DNA of 64,000 nucleotides, taken from the NCBI GenBank assembly GCA_965204375.1, contig OZ241986.1, positions 2,784,001 through 2,848,000 of the forward strand, read 5' to 3'. This DNA is from Candidatus Latescibacterota bacterium. Lineage in GTDB: Bacteria; Latescibacterota; UBA2968. Below the pieces are notes generated by a model. The model saw nothing but the letters and a program-made list of their open reading frames with translations, was not told where the DNA came from and made no database searches. Every line of letters starts with the position of its first letter. Position 1 is the first letter of the stretch. The translations under genes and the position numbers were made by a program. Positions 49,320-58,802 of the stretch are shown here, in pieces.

Positions 49320-49646
49320 TTAGAAAACAGCGACCTGGATATATCCATCTTTCTGATTTTTGGGTTTCTGCTTTACAGTTAAGGTAACGTTTTGATCGAG
49401 CTTAGTGAGCCAGCTCATCAAACGATCAAAGGTAAATCGTCGAAGTTCACGTCCCCGTTTCAGTTTTGAAATGTAAGACTGATCGGTGCCGAGAATTTGA
49501 GCTGCTTCAATTTGTGTTAGCCTTCGATCCTCTATAAGTCTGAGAATGGCAACTGCGAGTTTAGCTTTTGCCTGCATACCATCTGCATCCTCAACATTGA
49601 GATCAGCAAAAATATTGCTGCTACTTTTTTCGATTGTATTTGCCAT
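49320..49646 (-). CDS. XRE-family HTH antitoxin
   Basis: SSNIFADL...KAKLA...LTQIEAAQILGTDQSYISKL; downstream of a RelE-like gene. Confidence 0.85.
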   Translation of the reverse strand: MANTIEKSSSNIFADLNVEDADGMQAKAKLAVAILRLIEDRRLTQIEAAQILGTDQSYISKLKRGRELRRFTFDRLMSWLTKLDQNVTLTVKQKPKNQKDGYIQVAVF

Positions 49647-49649
49647 CGT

Positions 49650-50003
49650 TTATACTCCTTTGTGATATGCTCGTACCTGACGCAGGCGCTGCCGAATCAC
49701 ATCCATATCTTCTTTTGATGTGCGAATGCCGCGTTTGGATTTTTTCTTAAAACAGTGCAAGACATAGATGGCATCTCCCAAATTCGCTACATAAACTGCT
49801 CGATAGGTGTCTTTATTATACCGCTCGACAAGCTCCATAACACCTGACAGACCTGTAAGGGATTTCGATGTTGTCGGGGTCATGCCACATTGTACTTGAT
49901 ACAGGTCAAAGCCCACATCATCTCGTACTGGCTTTGGAAACTTTCTCAGATCAGATCGAGCACTGCCGATAAAATACACAGATTTTAAGATTTCATTTTC
50001 CAT
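49650..50003 (-). CDS. RelE/ParE-family (Gp49-like) toxin
   Basis: FIGSARSDLRKFP...LYQVQ.G...TYRAVY...IYVLHCFKKKS. Confidence 0.88.
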   Translation of the reverse strand: MENEILKSVYFIGSARSDLRKFPKPVRDDVGFDLYQVQCGMTPTTSKSLTGLSGVMELVERYNKDTYRAVYVANLGDAIYVLHCFKKKSKRGIRTSKEDMDVIRQRLRQVRAYHKGV

Positions 50004-50196
50004 ATTTAATTATGGCCTAAAAGACATAAAATTGCAAGTAATAAAAGAGCTATTTTGCCGTTTCTTGTAGGCAAAGACCATCTCACAGTTTATGCTTTCC
50101 GCACAATTTCAAAACTTGCATCAAATGATAGAACTGCGTATAGTGTGTATCTAAAAATTTCGGAGTAGGCTCAGTGCAATCATTGAAAGGAGACGC

Positions 50197-51555
50197 ATGC
50201 AACCCAACATCATCTTGATCAACTGCGACGACCTCGGCTATGGTGACCTCGGCAGTTACGGCTCTAAAATCAACAAAACGCCAGCGCTCGACAAAATGGC
50301 TGCAGAAGGCATAAAATTCACCGACTTCTACATGGCATCTCCCGTGTGTTCGCCCTCTCGAGGAGCTATGCTCACGGGCTGTTATCCTCCGCGCATTGGC
50401 TTTGGCTCTTTTGACGGGCGCTGGGTCCTCTTTCCCGGCCAGGGTGTGGGCTTGAACCCCAGCGAAATCACCATCGCCAAACTCCTCAAAAACAAAGGCT
50501 ACGCCACCAAAATAGTCGGCAAATGGCACTGCGGAGACCAGCCAGAATTCCTGCCCACCCGTCGCGGATTCGACAGCTACTACGGCATCCCCTATAGCAA
50601 CGACATGGGGATACAAAAAGAAGACGACAAAAATCCACCTCTGCCCTTATTGCGCGACGAAGAAGTCATCCAGGCACAACCCGACCAGCGCGGCATCACC
50701 GAACGCTACGTCGAAGAATGCGTCCGCTTCATGCGCGACAACAAAGACCGCCGTTTCTTCCTCTACCTCGCCCACATGCACGTCCACCTGCCCCACTATC
50801 CCCCCGAAGCCTTTGTCCGCGAATCCGAAAACGGCGTATATGGCGCGGCAGTCGCCTGTATTGACTGGGCAGCCGCCGTCATCTTCGACGAACTCAAAAC
50901 TCTGGGACTCGACGACGACACCCTCGTCATCTTCACCAGCGACAACGGCTCCCGCGCCCGCGACGAAGGCGGCAGCAACAGCCCTTTGCGCGCCACCAAA
51001 GGCACCACCTGGGAAGGCGGTCAGCGCGTGCCGTGCCTCATGCGCTGGCCCGGCAAAATCCCCGCGGGCGAAGTGTGCAGCGAACTGTCACTATCCATGG
51101 ACTTTTACCCCACGCTTGCAGCCCTCGGCGGTGCAGAAGTGCCCACCGACCGCATCATCGACGGCAAAGACATCCGCCCGTTCATGTTCGCAGAAGAAGG
51201 CGCGACATCGCAACACGAATCCTTCTTTTACTACAAACGCAACAGCATCGAAGCCGTACGGAGCGGCAAATGGAAACTCCACATCCGCAAAGACGACCAG
51301 GAAATCCAGGAACTCTACGACCTCGAAGCCGACATCGGTGAGACCAATGACATAAGCGATCAACACCCCGACATCGTGCGGGATCTCAGAACGCAAATTG
51401 ACGCCTGTCGCAAAGACCTCGGAGACGATGCCGCGGGCATAACAGGCGAAAACATCCGCCCCGCTGGCCGCGTTGAAAATCCCGACACCCTCACGCATCT
51501 CGACCGCGACCATCCCTATATGATCGCTATTTACGACCTCAAAGAACGGGGGTAA
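50197..51555 (+). CDS. Arylsulfatase
   Basis: PNIILINCDDLGYGD, CSPSR, GKWHCG and SDNG motifs. Confidence 0.92.
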   Translation: MQPNIILINCDDLGYGDLGSYGSKINKTPALDKMAAEGIKFTDFYMASPVCSPSRGAMLTGCYPPRIGFGSFDGRWVLFPGQGVGLNPSEITIAKLLKNKGYATKIVGKWHCGDQPEFLPTRRGFDSYYGIPYSNDMGIQKEDDKNPPLPLLRDEEVIQAQPDQRGITERYVEECVRFMRDNKDRRFFLYLAHMHVHLPHYPPEAFVRESENGVYGAAVACIDWAAAVIFDELKTLGLDDDTLVIFTSDNGSRARDEGGSNSPLRATKGTTWEGGQRVPCLMRWPGKIPAGEVCSELSLSMDFYPTLAALGGAEVPTDRIIDGKDIRPFMFAEEGATSQHESFFYYKRNSIEAVRSGKWKLHIRKDDQEIQELYDLEADIGETNDISDQHPDIVRDLRTQIDACRKDLGDDAAGITGENIRPAGRVENPDTLTHLDRDHPYMIAIYDLKERG

Positions 51556-51556
51556 C

Positions 51557-52306
51557 ATGGACCTCACACCCGAACAAATCGCCGAGTTCAAAGCATTGGG
51601 ATATGTCCTCGTACCCAATCTAATCGATCCATCGATGTTGGACAATTGGCGCGCGCAAATTCGCGCCAAATTCGGCGATTTATCTGACCCCGCCCAGCAA
51701 AACGCCGCAGGACCGCCCCAACAACACCGCGAAGACATCACCATATTGCGAGGCTTTCGCTTTTCTCCAACAGAAACACAACTCGTCAACCAGCCCAAAG
51801 TCAAAGCCATAGTCGATCACCTGGGCGGCGGGCAATTTTGCGGAGAAGATGGCAACCTGCGCCTCCTCTTGCCCGAACCCGAATGCAAATGGCGCTTGCC
51901 AGAGCGCGGGCACATCGACGGTTATCTCGGCAAGCGGCGGGGAGCCGCTTTTCTCCTTGGATTGGCGACCTATATCTACGACGTGGACCCGCGCGGTGGT
52001 GGCACGGTCTTCTGGCCGCGCAGCCATATCAAATCATGGGAATTTCTTCGCAAACACCCCAATCACCTCAGTTGCAGCTTTAAGGACCACCCCGAATATC
52101 TCAACATGGTCAAAGATATTCAACCCGTTGAACTGCATGCAAAAGCGGGCGATGTCATCTTCTGGCACTGCAACATCCTGCACGAAACCTCTCAAAACAC
52201 CAGCAACAACATCCGCTATGGTCTTTTCGCCCGCCTGCCGCACAAAGACCAGGAGACATTCCGAGACGAAATACCCGAAGACCTCTGGAAACGCTGGCGA
52301 ATATAA
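51557..52306 (+). CDS. Phytanoyl-CoA dioxygenase (PhyH) family protein
   Basis: FKALGY, HID, GGGT..WPRSH and AGDVIFWH.NILH motifs. Confidence 0.82.
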   Translation: MDLTPEQIAEFKALGYVLVPNLIDPSMLDNWRAQIRAKFGDLSDPAQQNAAGPPQQHREDITILRGFRFSPTETQLVNQPKVKAIVDHLGGGQFCGEDGNLRLLLPEPECKWRLPERGHIDGYLGKRRGAAFLLGLATYIYDVDPRGGGTVFWPRSHIKSWEFLRKHPNHLSCSFKDHPEYLNMVKDIQPVELHAKAGDVIFWHCNILHETSQNTSNNIRYGLFARLPHKDQETFRDEIPEDLWKRWRI

Positions 52307-52333
52307 GTAAGGGGAAGAGGGAGTAAGAGGTAA

Positions 52334-52427
52334 TGGAGTTACCCCGCTTTGGATGCTGTTGCCGAATTCCGAATTCTGTCCATACAGAGCTTGTATCCAA
52401 GCCACAAACAGCCGTTTTTACAACTGC
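52334..52427. repeat. IS3-end-like element, copy A
   Basis: Starts TGGAGTTACCCCGCTT, identical to the IS3 end at 60327; similar along its length to 53274-53388. Confidence 0.6.
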
Positions 52428-52498
52428 TAACTACCTCTCGACTAATTCGGCAACAGCATCGTTTCTATGGACAGATTCCGCTATTCAGCCTACTACTT

Positions 52499-52813
52499 TT
52501 ACACGACCTCTTGTTGCCCTTCCACTGGTACGAAATTAATCTCAATCCTTTGATTCAATGCGATTGCGATTCTTTGAAGCATTGTGAGTGAATGTCCTTC
52601 ATAATCTGCATCCTCAAGGCGGGCAATAACCGGTTGTTTGGATCCGATCAATTCTGCCAACTCAGTCTGCGTCAAGCCCGCCATCTTTCTGGCTTCATAT
52701 ATTAGACGAGCAACTTCTGCGTTGACTGTCTCTTCGGCAATCATCTGCTGCAATTCTTCATCATCGCCTGTCACCTCATCTATGATTCGATTTGCATCTC
52801 TTGTCTTAGCCAT
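52499..52813 (-). CDS. XRE-family HTH antitoxin
   Basis: IYEARKMAGLTQTELAELIGSKQPVIARLEDADYEGHSL. Confidence 0.88.
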   Translation of the reverse strand: MAKTRDANRIIDEVTGDDEELQQMIAEETVNAEVARLIYEARKMAGLTQTELAELIGSKQPVIARLEDADYEGHSLTMLQRIAIALNQRIEINFVPVEGQQEVV

Positions 52814-53192
52814 TGGTCACATCCCCTTCAAACAAATGCTGATCAGGATTTGCCTCAAAAACCCTCTTCCGCTCCACTGCGCGCTCCAAATCTCTGCGTG
52901 GTATTTGATCTTCCTTCGTTATGGCGTGAGCCAACACGCTGGCTTCCTGCCCATAAAAAAAGTACAGAATTCGATAATTTACTCGACCTCGCCGAATGCG
53001 TAATTCATGAATCCCTTGGTCCAAATAATCTGCAAGCGGTCGTCGCAGTTCATGGCCAAGTTGAGACAACATACGAATCTGAGCAACGCATTTCGCGTAC
53101 CCCCGACGATCCGTCCGTTTCAGTTCTTTCAACCAGTCCAATACTGGAATCCGCTTTCCGTCTTTATAAAAGAAAACACTTATCTCTGGCAT
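52806..53192 (-). CDS. RelE/ParE-family (Gp49-like) toxin
   Basis: PVLDWL...GHELRRP.ADYL..GIHELR....NYRILYFF...LAHAITKE. Confidence 0.88.
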   Translation of the reverse strand: MPEISVFFYKDGKRIPVLDWLKELKRTDRRGYAKCVAQIRMLSQLGHELRRPLADYLDQGIHELRIRRGRVNYRILYFFYGQEASVLAHAITKEDQIPRRDLERAVERKRVFEANPDQHLFEGDVTNG

Positions 53193-53273
53193 CCGCCTAC
53201 TCACAATATGACCCATCTAAGCCTGTATAACAATATTATTATAAAAATGACTCTGAATGTCAATGGCCAAATC

Positions 53274-53388
53274 TGGAGTTATTCCGTTTTGGATGCTGTT
53301 GCCGAATTCCAAATTCTGTCTCGATGCAACTAAACATAGGGCTTGTCGAGCCTGAATTCAGGCCACAAAAAGCCGTTTTGACAACCGC
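53274..53388. repeat. IS3-end-like element, copy B
   Basis: TGGAGTTATTCCGTTTTGGATGCTGTTGCCGAATTCCAAATTCTGTC; a direct repeat of copy A. Confidence 0.6.
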
Positions 53389-53432
53389 AGACTGGACTTG
53401 ATCGACGCAGGGCATTTTTGTGTGTGGTAATC

Positions 53433-54056
53433 TTATTGAGAGGGCGGGTTTTGTCTGACCCATTTCTCAATCTCAGGTTTCGCCACGTTGATGATCCGAA
53501 GAAGATGGTTGCCTATATCCTCAACTACGCGATCGGGATCGGTGTGCATCTTGATAAGGGTATGTTTATTTGTCCAATCTGTGTAGTCCCTATTGGAAAA
53601 ACTTAGAGGCTGATACCAAATCCACAACTCCGATTTCGTTTCCCAAGGGGGTCCGCTTGCTCCAAGTTCTTGTGTTAGCTGATTCCTAAGGATCATTGAG
53701 TTATTGACCGATATATTAGCAGGGGGACTACAAACTCCAATGTAAAAATCATCGGCCCTATAACCCTTAAGTAATATGCCTACCGGTTCCTTTAATACAC
53801 CAAATTTACTAGACACGCCAAAACGACGCTTCCCCTCAAGGGGCTTGTTAAGTTTTGTTTCCCAATCCCATTGCGACATGTCAAGTTCTTCGCAGATAAA
53901 GCTTTTGAGTTTCTCCAAAAAGGGTTTGATTATTCGACTGCGAATCTCCTGAGTCCTGGATATAATATCCAGTGCCACCTTCAAATTCTCGTTATTCTCG
54001 TTATTTTTAAAAACATGGTCCATAATAATTTCTGTTTCTCTTTTATTCGTTGGCAT
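53433..54056 (-). CDS. Hypothetical protein (resembles the C-terminal region that usually follows PD-(D/E)XK_4 nuclease domains)
   Basis: GAGGAG SD before the ATG at 54056; overlaps the upstream nuclease gene by 14 nt. Confidence 0.55.
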   Translation of the reverse strand: MPTNKRETEIIMDHVFKNNENNENLKVALDIISRTQEIRSRIIKPFLEKLKSFICEELDMSQWDWETKLNKPLEGKRRFGVSSKFGVLKEPVGILLKGYRADDFYIGVCSPPANISVNNSMILRNQLTQELGASGPPWETKSELWIWYQPLSFSNRDYTDWTNKHTLIKMHTDPDRVVEDIGNHLLRIINVAKPEIEKWVRQNPPSQ

Positions 54057-54837
54057 CTTCGTTCTCCTCAAAAGTAAAAGGTTCGTCACGAATGTACTCT
54101 CTAAAATCGTGCAAAAACCAGCGGAATTTATCGGACTCACATAGCTGCCAGCACTCCTCAAGCCATTCCAGAATATCTGACCTATATGAAAGGCAGTATA
54201 ATTCGCCTTTCTGAATGAGATTATCGGGGTTAGATTTAGATATGGTTTCGGGTTTTCTTTCATCGGGGGTAATGAAAACAAGGCAAAACTCCTCATTTTT
54301 ATATTTACCTTTGAGATGAGAATAGTAAGCCTCCAGTTGATCATTGTTTTCATGCGTCCAAGGCTTATTCTCAATGCCAATCCCGAAACCTTCAAAATCA
54401 ACAGTAATATCGATTCGACGAAGCTGGTTTTCGTTGTAATAAGTTAGATCTTCGCGCTTGACTTCTCGTTGTTTAATGGACAGTTCAGCTACCCGGGCGG
54501 GTCGCTTTTTCTCGAACAGACGCTTGAGAAAACAGGGCCGCCTCTCAATGGCTATATTAAAATGTTTTTTTTCGTATAAACGCTTGAGAAAGGCGTCAAG
54601 AAACTTGCCTTGCTGACCATGGGAACCATTGACGTTGAGCAGGCAGGCGATAATATCGGAAAGACTGTCTTCCCTGCGGAAGTACTTTTTATTGATTATA
54701 ATGAACTCGGAGACAACATTGAAATCCATTGAAAGAAAACGGTCCCAACGCCGTTTTTCTTCTCGATAGATTTGGAGCTTTTTGCTCAGGCTCGAAGAGA
54801 ACATCTCTAAACGCCGCTCGTAACTCTGCTCATCCAT
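54043..54837 (-). CDS. PD-(D/E)XK nuclease family protein (PDDEXK_4-like)
   Basis: EDSLSDIIACLL...SHGQ..KFL, RRIDI...IGIENK and DQLEAY motifs; AAGGAG SD. Confidence 0.8.
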   Translation of the reverse strand: MDEQSYERRLEMFSSSLSKKLQIYREEKRRWDRFLSMDFNVVSEFIIINKKYFRREDSLSDIIACLLNVNGSHGQQGKFLDAFLKRLYEKKHFNIAIERRPCFLKRLFEKKRPARVAELSIKQREVKREDLTYYNENQLRRIDITVDFEGFGIGIENKPWTHENNDQLEAYYSHLKGKYKNEEFCLVFITPDERKPETISKSNPDNLIQKGELYCLSYRSDILEWLEECWQLCESDKFRWFLHDFREYIRDEPFTFEENEDANE

Positions 54838-55087
54838 CTCAGGTCTCCTTCCCGCTGATTTTCTATCTGTTTGGTTTTTCTCAATCACTCCTGATGAATC
54901 TGAAATATAACCTATGTAGTCTATCAAAAAATTTGCTAATATATTTTTTTGATAGACTGGATTGCGGCTCAACAGCGTGCCGCAATGACAACCGCCGTTC
55001 GTCAACCCCTAACTTTCCCTTGACCCCAAAAATTCAGACGTTTATACTTCCTATTGAGATATCCTTCACCGCAAAAGGAGATTTAAC

Positions 55088-55438
55088 ATGTCAAAAATCA
55101 CCATGTACCACAACCCCAACTGAAGCAAATCCAATGGCGCAATGGACATATTGCGCGCTGGCAACGTCGAGTTCGACGTGATTGAATACATAAAAACACC
55201 GCTGAGCGAACAGGACTTGAGAAAATTTCTCGCACTTCTGCCCAGTGAACCCAAAGACCTGATCCACCCCAGTTCATTCGAAAAACTGGGACGCGACATA
55301 GATGACTACAACACGCCCGATGCACTCGTCGGCTTGCTTTTGGAACACCCCGAAGTCATGAACCGCCCCGTGTGTATTCGCGGAGATCGCGCAGTCATTG
55401 CTCGCCCCTCAGAAGCCATACATGAACTTCTCGATTAA
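55088..55438 (+). CDS. arsC: ArsC-family (glutaredoxin-type arsenate reductase) protein with selenocysteine at position 12
   Basis: AAAGGAG SD; MSKITMYHNPN-[TGA 55121-55123]-SKS continues in frame into the track ORF 55142-55438 (IEY..TP, NRP, IARP). Confidence 0.85.
55131..55161 (+). promoter_or_regulatory. Putative bacterial SECIS hairpin
   Basis: GCGCAAT-GGACAT-ATTGCGC stem-loop; the loop starts with GG, 20 nt after the UGA. Confidence 0.65.
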
Positions 55439-55444
55439 AAAAAC

Positions 55445-55472
55445 AGCCGCCGAGACCTGAACCTCGGCGGCT
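55445..55472. terminator. Terminator between convergent genes
   Basis: AGCCGCCGAG-loop-CTCGGCGGCT, with A- and T-rich flanks. Confidence 0.75.
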
Positions 55473-55494
55473 ATTTTCTTTTTCGTTTTGTAAC

Positions 55495-56283
55495 TCACGC
55501 CCCCTCCACGGCTTTCCTCAGATCATCGCCATTGCTTCGCCACCACGAATGCAAAATTGAGATATCCACCCCGATATTGAAATGTCGCACACCCATATCG
55601 AGATACTCCTTTGCCTCATCGGACGACATAATCTCTGCGCGGGGATGCACGCCCATACTCAGCGCAGTCTTAAACACCTCATTCCTCGCATCTGCCACTG
55701 CGGGATCACCGCGCTGCCCCGCCTTGCCAACACTCATCGAATAATCCGAAGGTCCCCATTGCACCATATCCACGCCTGGAACCGATAAAATCGCCTCCAG
55801 ATTTTCCACCGCCTCCTTCTTTTCGATCATCAAAACCACAACCGTCTCCCGCATCGCCTTCACATACTCAGGTCCCCCACCATATCCCATATACGTATTG
55901 CGCCGCGTGTACACACTGTACAGGCCGCCATCTTCCGGCGTATCTGGAAGCGTAACACGCACGCACTCCCTGGCATCCTCTTCCGTGCGACAATCCGTAA
56001 ACAAAATACTCCCAAAACCAGACCCGATCGCCCGTTGCGATAAAAAATACTGATGACTGCGATCAATTTTGAACATCATACCCATATTGTACAACTCGGC
56101 TGCACGGCACAAATTGTCGAGATCGTAGAGATCAAACGTACCGTATTCGCCAACGTATTCGACATAATCGTAAAGTCCCGTATGTCCAATCGCCTCGACA
56201 ATCGCCGGCCAACTCGAATGAATGCGCGTGCCAATGGTGGGTTCGCCCGCATCCAATTTTTCTCTAATCCTGTTGGGTTTCAA
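55495..56283 (-). CDS. HpcH/HpaI aldolase family protein
   Basis: VLMIEKKEAVENLEAILSVPGVDMVQWGPSDYS. Confidence 0.88.
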   Translation of the reverse strand: MKPNRIREKLDAGEPTIGTRIHSSWPAIVEAIGHTGLYDYVEYVGEYGTFDLYDLDNLCRAAELYNMGMMFKIDRSHQYFLSQRAIGSGFGSILFTDCRTEEDARECVRVTLPDTPEDGGLYSVYTRRNTYMGYGGGPEYVKAMRETVVVLMIEKKEAVENLEAILSVPGVDMVQWGPSDYSMSVGKAGQRGDPAVADARNEVFKTALSMGVHPRAEIMSSDEAKEYLDMGVRHFNIGVDISILHSWWRSNGDDLRKAVEGA

Positions 56284-56318
56284 AATAAACTCCTTTGTGA
56301 GTGGTTAATTTTCCATTA

Positions 56319-57209
56319 TCACCCAAACAACGACTTAAAAACTCGCTTCGTCTTCTCCAACACATCTTCGGATAACACTTCTCCATCTGAAATTTTCACA
56401 TTATCTGCGAGATGCTCCACATTGGTCGATCCCACAATAGCAGTACACACATCTTCGTGAGAAAGCGTAAAACGCAACGCAAACTCAATCAGCGGCATAT
56501 CGCCCGCCAATTCCCGCAACGGCATCTGCTGTGCCCGATCCCACGGATCGCCCATATACGACCCCTCTGGCCGCTCCGACCTGAGATACACCCCGTTGGC
56601 AATCGGACGCTTGATAATCGTCCCCATATCCCGATCGCGCAAAGTCGGCATCAAATTTTCAGCCGATTCCTGAAACAACACATTGTACGTAAACTCCTGC
56701 GTATCTAAATCCCACCTCTTCGCCGCCTCAGCCGCAGCCGACCCATCAGCCGATACACCGACAAACTTCGTCCATCCCCTATCCTTTGCTTCCAACAACG
56801 CGTCAAACGCCGCATCCCAATCATCCGCATCTCCCGGCAGCCCGTGAAATTGCACAATATCGATCACATCCATCTTCAGCTTTGATCGACTCGTATCAAT
56901 CGTCCTCAAAATACCCTCGGGCGAATAATTCTTCACAACCTCGCGCTTGCCCCCATTGATCACTTGGTAATCGCCGCACTTTGTCGCCAGAACAAAATCG
57001 TCCTGCCGATGGCCGATAAACTTCCCGATCCGCTCCTCGCTATCGCCATACATCGCAGCCGTATCGATAAACGAGATACCCAAATCGAGCACCGTGTTCA
57101 GCACCGCTTCGACCTGCGATTCCGGCAGCGATGGATTTCCAATCTGCGCCGCGCCGAAACCGATCTCCGAGACCTGCAAACCCGTCTTTCCCAGCGTCCG
57201 AAATTTCAT
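56319..57209 (-). CDS. Aldo/keto reductase
   Basis: LGKTGLQVSEIGFG, IDTAAMYG.SE and LATK motifs. Confidence 0.9.
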   Translation of the reverse strand: MKFRTLGKTGLQVSEIGFGAAQIGNPSLPESQVEAVLNTVLDLGISFIDTAAMYGDSEERIGKFIGHRQDDFVLATKCGDYQVINGGKREVVKNYSPEGILRTIDTSRSKLKMDVIDIVQFHGLPGDADDWDAAFDALLEAKDRGWTKFVGVSADGSAAAEAAKRWDLDTQEFTYNVLFQESAENLMPTLRDRDMGTIIKRPIANGVYLRSERPEGSYMGDPWDRAQQMPLRELAGDMPLIEFALRFTLSHEDVCTAIVGSTNVEHLADNVKISDGEVLSEDVLEKTKRVFKSLFG

Positions 57210-57317
57210 CTCACTTTACCTTCGCATATTCCGATATTTGCACAAGCCACCCAAATGTCGTATATAATACAACCAAAATCCACCAAAACCACCAAAAAAT
57301 CTCCAGGACAAATCCAA

Positions 57318-58787
57318 ATGACACAACGCCCAAACATCCTCTTCTGCATTGCCGATGATCAATCCTGGCCCCACGCCAGTGCTTATGGTTGCCCCTGGGT
57401 CAACACCCCTGCCTCTGACCGCGTCGCACGCGAAGGCATCCTCTTCAACAACGCCTTCACGCCCAATGCCAAATGCGCCCCATCCAGAGCCGCCATCCTC
57501 ACTGGTCGCTACTCCTGGCAACTTCAAGAAGCCTGCAACCACCTCTGCTATTTCCCATCGGACTACGCCACCTATCCCGAACTTTTCAAAGACGCCGGAT
57601 ACGCCACGGGATTCACCGGCAAAAGCTGGGCACCGGGCGAACCGGGAACTTATTCAGATGGCTCACCGCGTAAACTCGTTGGCCCCGAACACAACGACCT
57701 CAAACTCAATCCCCCCACAAAAAGCATTGCCAATATAGACTACACCGCCAATTTCGCGGCTTTTCTCAATGCCAAACCCGATGACCAGGCCTTCTGCTTC
57801 TGGTATGGCGGCAGAGAACCCCACCGCGGCTACGAATACGGCTCTGGCGTACGCCTCGGGGGAAAATTCCTCTCTGACATCGACGAAGTACCCCCCTGCT
57901 GGCCAGCAACCGAAGACGTCAAAAACGACATGCTCGACTACGCCTTTGAAATCGAATGGTTCGACAAACACCTGAGCCAAATCCTCGACATCCTCGAAGA
58001 ACGCGGCGAACTCGACAACACCCTCATCATGGTCACCTCAGACAATGGCATGCCCTTCCCGCGCATGAAAGGCCAACTCTACGAAATAGCCTACCACATG
58101 CCATTGGCCGCCATGTGGAAAGGCGTGATCGAACCGGGCCGAATAGTTGATGACCTCATCAACTTCGTGGACTTTGCCCCCACCTTCCTCGAAGCCGCGG
58201 GCATCGACATCCATCCCCAAATCACTGGCAAAAGCCTCATGCCCATCTTCAAATCCAACAAATCGGGCATCATCGACCCGGAGCGCACCGTCCTCATATC
58301 GGGCAAAGAACGCCACGACATCTGCCGTCCCGGCACCGTGGGCTATCCCATCCGCGGCATTCGCGATCACCATCACCTCTACCTGCGAAACTTTGAACCC
58401 GACCGCTGGCCGGCTGGCGACCCCGAAGTCTATTACCGCAACATCGACGACTCCCCCACCAAAACGCGCGTCGTCGAAGAAAAAGAACAGGGCAATGAGA
58501 CCTACTGGCAACTCTGCATGGGCAAACGCCCCAAAGAAGAACTCTACGATATCCAGACCGATCCCCACTGCGTCACCAACCTCGCCGAAAGCGCCGACCA
58601 CCAGACCATCAAAAACGCACTCTGGCAAAAACTTCGGGAAACTCTCAAACAACACGGCGATCCCCGCATGGAAGGCCGGGGCCACATCTTTGATGAATAC
58701 CCCGTCACCAACTCAGAACAAGAACAGAGAGTCAAAGAACGGTTCCGCATCGCCAGAGAAACGGGTATTTTCTTTAAAAACAATTAA
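57318..58787 (+). CDS. Sulfatase (N-sulfoglucosamine sulfohydrolase-like)
   Basis: PNILFCIADDQ, CAPSR, EPHR and SDNGMPFPR motifs. Confidence 0.9.
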   Translation: MTQRPNILFCIADDQSWPHASAYGCPWVNTPASDRVAREGILFNNAFTPNAKCAPSRAAILTGRYSWQLQEACNHLCYFPSDYATYPELFKDAGYATGFTGKSWAPGEPGTYSDGSPRKLVGPEHNDLKLNPPTKSIANIDYTANFAAFLNAKPDDQAFCFWYGGREPHRGYEYGSGVRLGGKFLSDIDEVPPCWPATEDVKNDMLDYAFEIEWFDKHLSQILDILEERGELDNTLIMVTSDNGMPFPRMKGQLYEIAYHMPLAAMWKGVIEPGRIVDDLINFVDFAPTFLEAAGIDIHPQITGKSLMPIFKSNKSGIIDPERTVLISGKERHDICRPGTVGYPIRGIRDHHHLYLRNFEPDRWPAGDPEVYYRNIDDSPTKTRVVEEKEQGNETYWQLCMGKRPKEELYDIQTDPHCVTNLAESADHQTIKNALWQKLRETLKQHGDPRMEGRGHIFDEYPVTNSEQEQRVKERFRIARETGIFFKNN

Positions 58788-58802
58788 ATAAGGAGAATTG
58801 AT

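Noticed and set aside
56964-57317. N-terminal extension of the sulfatase shown in the ORF track
   Set aside because: It overlaps the divergent aldo/keto reductase; sulfatase homology starts at the ATG at 57318.
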